From assembly GCA_965216875.1 (NCBI GenBank), contig OZ244207.1, forward strand, positions 2,144,001 through 2,208,000: a stretch of 64,000 bases of DNA, given 5' to 3'. Source of the DNA: Rubripirellula sp. (GTDB lineage: Bacteria; Planctomycetota; Planctomycetia; Pirellulales; Pirellulaceae). Position 1 is the stretch's first letter, and every line of letters starts with the position of its first letter. The translations under genes were made by a program, and so were the position numbers. Shown piece by piece: positions 59,861 through 64,000 of the stretch. The notes under the pieces are model-generated. The model did no database searches, was not told where the DNA came from, and saw nothing but the letters and a program-made list of their open reading frames with translations.

Positions 59861-61332
59861 CCCGCGCCTCCTTCGATCGGCAAATACGCTGTGAACACAC
59901 TGCCTCGCCCTACTTGCGAATCAACATCGATCCATCCGCCATGTTCCTGTGCGATACCAAACGCGATCGACAAACCAAGCCCCGTTCCACTACCGACTTC
60001 TTTGGTCGTAAAAAAGGGCTCGAACACTTGTGCCAGGTCAGACTCAGCAATTCCCGCGCCGTGGTCGATGACAGCGATGGAAGCAAACGCGCCCGGGTGC
60101 TGCGTCTGTTGATCGAACTCAGCCCGCGCGACTTCCATCGATACCTTTGAACCGTTGTCACTCGCATGAATGGCATTGATCACCAAGTTGGTCAACAGCT
60201 GCTGAATCTGGCCGAAATCGACATCGCAAAAGAGTGCGTCGCCCAAATCAACCTCGATCATTACGCCCTGCTTCTCACCCAGGGGGCGAAGCAGTTCTGC
60301 GGTTTGAAGAGCGATCTGGCGAAGGTCGATGTTGGTTCGATTGGGTCGATCGCGGCGCGCGAAATCGAGCAATTGTCGTATCGTCGATGCAATGCGATCC
60401 GATTCCGCTTTGATGATCTTGGCATTCTCCTTCGTCTGCTCTGACGAGAGTTCGCCGGTCGCAATCATGTCCGCACGGCCGCCAACAACGTTAAGGGGCG
60501 TCCCGATTTCATGAGCGATCCCGGATGCCAAACGCCCGACGGTCCTCAGCCGATCGGCGTGGCGCAGTTCCTCGATTGCCTGGATGCGCGCGGTGGTTTC
60601 GGTTTCGACCTTTTCGTTCGCCTCGGACAATTGATCACACATCGAGTTGATGGCTGTGGCGAGTTCACCGAATTCATCTCGCCGACTCATCTCGATCGGT
60701 CCCGACAAATCGCCCGTACCCACACGACGCGTTTTCTCAATCAGGACTTCAAGCGGCCTGCCAACCATTTCGCGACCCAGCAGCACGACCATGCCAACGC
60801 CAAGCATGGCAGTCAAGCTCGCCAACAATACAGTGCGGCTGGTGAATCGTTTCATCCTGTCGCCCGAGTGCCGATCCTGCTCGGTCACTTCCAATGCGCC
60901 GGGCGAAGCTTCACCAGTAGAGACCTTGGTGTAGGTCACCATCGACTCGCCACCTTCGTCGCGACGTTTGATCGATGTCGTTTCACCGGCAATGACTCGC
61001 CGCAGCTGCGAATTGTCGGCGATCGGGCGTCGCTGGGGCGCATCGGGCTCTTCGAGTAGGACCCAGCGGACCGTCATCGACTTGGTCTCGCCGCTTGCAA
61101 CACTTTCTCGCTCGTTGAACGCCTGCAGGAATTGCTCAACCTGCTTGTGGCCGCCCTGTTTCCACTGCTCGGCAACGAGCGGACCGAGCGTTTCGGATAG
61201 CTGTCTGGCATCGCGCTGCATGTCTTGGTCCATCGCGCCAATGTCGCGATGCAGGTCCAAGTAGCCGTCGACAATCAACAACAGCACGATGCCGACAAGC
61301 AGCAGCGAAGTGAATTTGGCAGCAAGTTTCAT
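59857..61332 (-). CDS. Sensor histidine kinase with HAMP domain
   Basis: Two TM segments, HAMP, AHEIGTPL, NLVINA, DHGAG and GTGLGL. Confidence 0.93.
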   Translation of the reverse strand: MKLAAKFTSLLLVGIVLLLIVDGYLDLHRDIGAMDQDMQRDARQLSETLGPLVAEQWKQGGHKQVEQFLQAFNERESVASGETKSMTVRWVLLEEPDAPQRRPIADNSQLRRVIAGETTSIKRRDEGGESMVTYTKVSTGEASPGALEVTEQDRHSGDRMKRFTSRTVLLASLTAMLGVGMVVLLGREMVGRPLEVLIEKTRRVGTGDLSGPIEMSRRDEFGELATAINSMCDQLSEANEKVETETTARIQAIEELRHADRLRTVGRLASGIAHEIGTPLNVVGGRADMIATGELSSEQTKENAKIIKAESDRIASTIRQLLDFARRDRPNRTNIDLRQIALQTAELLRPLGEKQGVMIEVDLGDALFCDVDFGQIQQLLTNLVINAIHASDNGSKVSMEVARAEFDQQTQHPGAFASIAVIDHGAGIAESDLAQVFEPFFTTKEVGSGTGLGLSIAFGIAQEHGGWIDVDSQVGRGSVFTAYLPIEGGAG

Positions 61333-61384
61333 GGTGAAATTCTGGCGTCCGAATCAAAACTGCAATCTTATCGCAGCGTTGTAC

Positions 61385-61401
61385 GGCAAACCTCATGCCA
61401 A
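61385..61401 (-). promoter_or_regulatory. Sigma-54 (-24/-12) promoter upstream of the HK-RR operon
   Basis: Minus strand TTGGCAT-GAGGT-TTGCC with correct spacing, about 52 nt before the ATG at 61332. Confidence 0.65.
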
Positions 61402-61452
61402 CGCGAGCCGAGCCGACTTTCCACCAATTCCACTCGGTTCCAATCAAGCGTT

Positions 61453-63873
61453 TTATGGCTTTCCGACCAGGAAACTCCACATTCGCTTGGACTCAACGCG
61501 CCAGCTGATCCAATCACTTCCAGTTTGCGACTGTGCCGTCGTTACCCGATGCCCGCCGTCCTTGAGCATTTTTGCCGCCGCCTGCGATTGCCCGGCCATG
61601 TCCCAGTTCTCTGACGGATTGCGAAAATCGTAGTCACTCCACTGGACCAAGACGTCGCAACGGTCCTTGGGGATATTCGCGAGCTGGTTGATCACTGGAT
61701 GCAACATCTCAAACGCAAAGGGCGAGAAACAGCCGATCTTCCCGACTTGATCACTCGACGGAAGCGTCGCCATCAACGACAGCGTCGCTCCAAACCCACC
61801 ACTCATACTTGCGCGGTCCACCCGATTCTTCGAAATCCGATAGTCCTTTTCGATCTTCGGCAACAACTCTCCGGCAAACATCTCGGCGTAACCGGCCGGA
61901 GGGATCATCGGATAGAACCTGTAGCCAACAAAAACGACGACCGCAGGACGAATCTGCTTGGCCTGGATCAAATGATCGACGACAGACACCTGATGCCCCG
62001 ATTCGATCGCAACATCGCCGTCATGCACATACACAACCGGATACTCGTCGTCCGATTCGTCATAACCAGGCGGAAGGTAGACGGACACGCCCACGTTGCG
62101 GTTCATTTTCTCGCTCTTCAGGTCCCACTTCTCGAGACGCCCGGCAAGCTTTTGTCTCTGTGAATCAACAAACTGTTCGTCGCTCGCAACAACATTCCCT
62201 TTATCGAACCACGACATCATCAAAACGTCCGCTGGCCCCAAGAAATTCGGCTCCATCTCTCCGGTAAGGATCGAGCTCTTCACCTGATTCGGGTTCGTCG
62301 GGTCAATTTGCGGCTTGTAGTCTGCGTAGAAGGTGTAGGACAACCGTGTGCTCTTGGGCACTTCGATTCCGAAGTAGAAGAGGTTGGTCCCCTCAACACG
62401 ATTCATCGCCCGTTCCTGACGCACCCCAAACCACTCGCACCCTAATGCTACGTCTTGGTGATCACCTTGGAAAACGAAGTGCACATAGTCGCCCTCAATC
62501 AAAGGGGTCTGTTGGTTGGCGAGGAAAGCGTCAATCAGCTCCTGTTTGTCCTCTGCGGCTTCGACCTTCTTGATGAAAGCGGCGAACTTGGGTCCAAGTA
62601 CAGAGTCATTGGCAGCGACTTTCGATTCGCCACCACCGGGCGCAACGTCGACACGCGCGATCGCACCGAGACTGCGCAAGTAGACCGAGCGCCCTGCAAT
62701 CGTCGGGAGCGCCCAGAGCAATCCATCCGAATCATCACCTTTGGTTTCAAACACTTCGGTTGCCGCAACTTCAGCAAAACCATCCTCATTGACGTCGCCG
62801 ATATGCAACGAACCGTCCATCGTTGCGGAAACCAAACGCCCAGCCATGGTTGCAAGAAAGCCGTTTCCTGGTTTCCGAGTTCGCCACAACCGATCTCCGG
62901 TCTCTGGATCAACGGCAACGAGAAAACGGGACGAATACGAACAGAGCAGGCCGCCGGAAACGACAGGCACGCAATAGGTGTTGCGAATATCACGGGTCGA
63001 CCATTTTTCCGTGTAACCGTCACCTGCAACGGAATAGATTGTCGAACCATCTTCGCGATCGTTCAAAAAGACCTCGTTCTTGGAAACGGGTACCGGGATC
63101 GCGACCCAACCACCGATTCCCTCAGCACCCCCATGCGATTGTTGCCAAAGGATCTTCCCTGCCTTGTGATCAATCGCGATGGTTTGCGTGTTGCCGGTAG
63201 CAAGCAGGCCCGGCCTTCCATCGAACTCGTACGGAATGACGGTTTGAAACGCCGCCGTGTCGCTTCCAAGTTTCCATTTCAGATCGCCGCTACTGGCATC
63301 GTAGGCAACAATCGCAGCTTCAGGTGCACCCGCCGCAACCACCACCATCCCGTCATGAACGATCGGCGATGCCCCGAACCCGTAGAAGTTCGGCTGCGAA
63401 CCCAATTCTTTCTGTAAGTTGTGATGCCACACATCGGCACCGTCACCGAGAGAAAACGCGTTCAAGTCACCAAAGGGCGAAAGATGGAAAACGAGATCTC
63501 CGCTAACGGCGGGGGTCGCTATTGGTCCATCAAATGAACCATTGGCACCCTTCATCATCTTGCCTGTCTTTGCACGCCAGACTTCGTCGCCTGTCTTTGC
63601 ATCGAGCGCTACGACGTATTCAGTTTCGGAGGGCACATCGGCCATTGCCGAGATGACCTTGTCGCCCGCTGTGACCACACCCGAATAGCCGCTCCCAAAA
63701 TCACGTTTCCAGACGACCTTCAGCTCGAGCGGCCCCGAGCCAAGTGCGGAATCGGTGACCGACGCAGAACCATCAAACCTTGGCCCGCGAATCGACTGCC
63801 ATTCCTCTCCAGAGCACTGCGCCGATACGAATGACGCAACCGAAAGAACCGTCAACAGAATCTTCTTGTTCAT
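61453..63873 (-). CDS. Secreted PQQ-like beta-propeller fused to an enterochelin-esterase-like alpha/beta domain
   Basis: Signal peptide, WQSIRGPRFDG, propeller repeats; C-terminal VYLPPGYD, YPVVYVHDG and ELLPKIE. Confidence 0.88.
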   Translation of the reverse strand: MNKKILLTVLSVASFVSAQCSGEEWQSIRGPRFDGSASVTDSALGSGPLELKVVWKRDFGSGYSGVVTAGDKVISAMADVPSETEYVVALDAKTGDEVWRAKTGKMMKGANGSFDGPIATPAVSGDLVFHLSPFGDLNAFSLGDGADVWHHNLQKELGSQPNFYGFGASPIVHDGMVVVAAGAPEAAIVAYDASSGDLKWKLGSDTAAFQTVIPYEFDGRPGLLATGNTQTIAIDHKAGKILWQQSHGGAEGIGGWVAIPVPVSKNEVFLNDREDGSTIYSVAGDGYTEKWSTRDIRNTYCVPVVSGGLLCSYSSRFLVAVDPETGDRLWRTRKPGNGFLATMAGRLVSATMDGSLHIGDVNEDGFAEVAATEVFETKGDDSDGLLWALPTIAGRSVYLRSLGAIARVDVAPGGGESKVAANDSVLGPKFAAFIKKVEAAEDKQELIDAFLANQQTPLIEGDYVHFVFQGDHQDVALGCEWFGVRQERAMNRVEGTNLFYFGIEVPKSTRLSYTFYADYKPQIDPTNPNQVKSSILTGEMEPNFLGPADVLMMSWFDKGNVVASDEQFVDSQRQKLAGRLEKWDLKSEKMNRNVGVSVYLPPGYDESDDEYPVVYVHDGDVAIESGHQVSVVDHLIQAKQIRPAVVVFVGYRFYPMIPPAGYAEMFAGELLPKIEKDYRISKNRVDRASMSGGFGATLSLMATLPSSDQVGKIGCFSPFAFEMLHPVINQLANIPKDRCDVLVQWSDYDFRNPSENWDMAGQSQAAAKMLKDGGHRVTTAQSQTGSDWISWRVESKRMWSFLVGKP

Positions 63874-64000
63874 GGATGCAACCGCTTTGAAGAGTGAGTC
63901 AAGCAGAAAGAGAAGCGCCAGCTCGAAACCACAGTCCGAGCCGGAAGCGTATTCTTGCCTCAAGTGGGCAAACGCACAACGACACTCGCTACCGCGAACG

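Overview
This 64-kb window looks like chromosomal DNA from a planctomycete, probably of the Pirellulaceae type. The assignment is inferred from a planctomycete-type export motif on an M23 protein, a PSD1/cytochrome c plus DUF1501 pair, PQQ-like beta-propellers and numerous GTAG-type REP repeats. Housekeeping genes include rpsB-tsf-pyrH-frr, lexA, uppP, an adk-like gene, ppk2, pilT and mscK. The window also carries two sigma-54 two-component systems, an ECF sigma/VWA pair and a three-gene sugar-catabolism cluster. An NRPS adenylation domain runs off the left edge and is missed by the ORF track. The strongest unusual signal is in a Cys-rich secreted operon (40550-44105). There, a substrate-binding-protein gene ends on an A9 / A-AAA-AAG slippery site, and the -1 frame continues without its own start codon into a complete PQQ-like beta-propeller. 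This is a candidate programmed frameshift or slippage fusion, although a homopolymer sequencing error is not excluded. Other highlights are an orphan tandem-duplicated AAA+ ATPase and a readable sigma-54 circuit (two promoters plus enhancer-like sites) controlling an HtrA protease. Also notable are an unannotated 57-aa Cys-rich microprotein, a degenerate ~160-bp hairpin tandem array, a divergent uppP/DUF368 pair, and two apparent pseudoenzymes. I saw no rRNA, tRNA, CRISPR array or transposase. All family assignments come from motif recognition, not from database searches.
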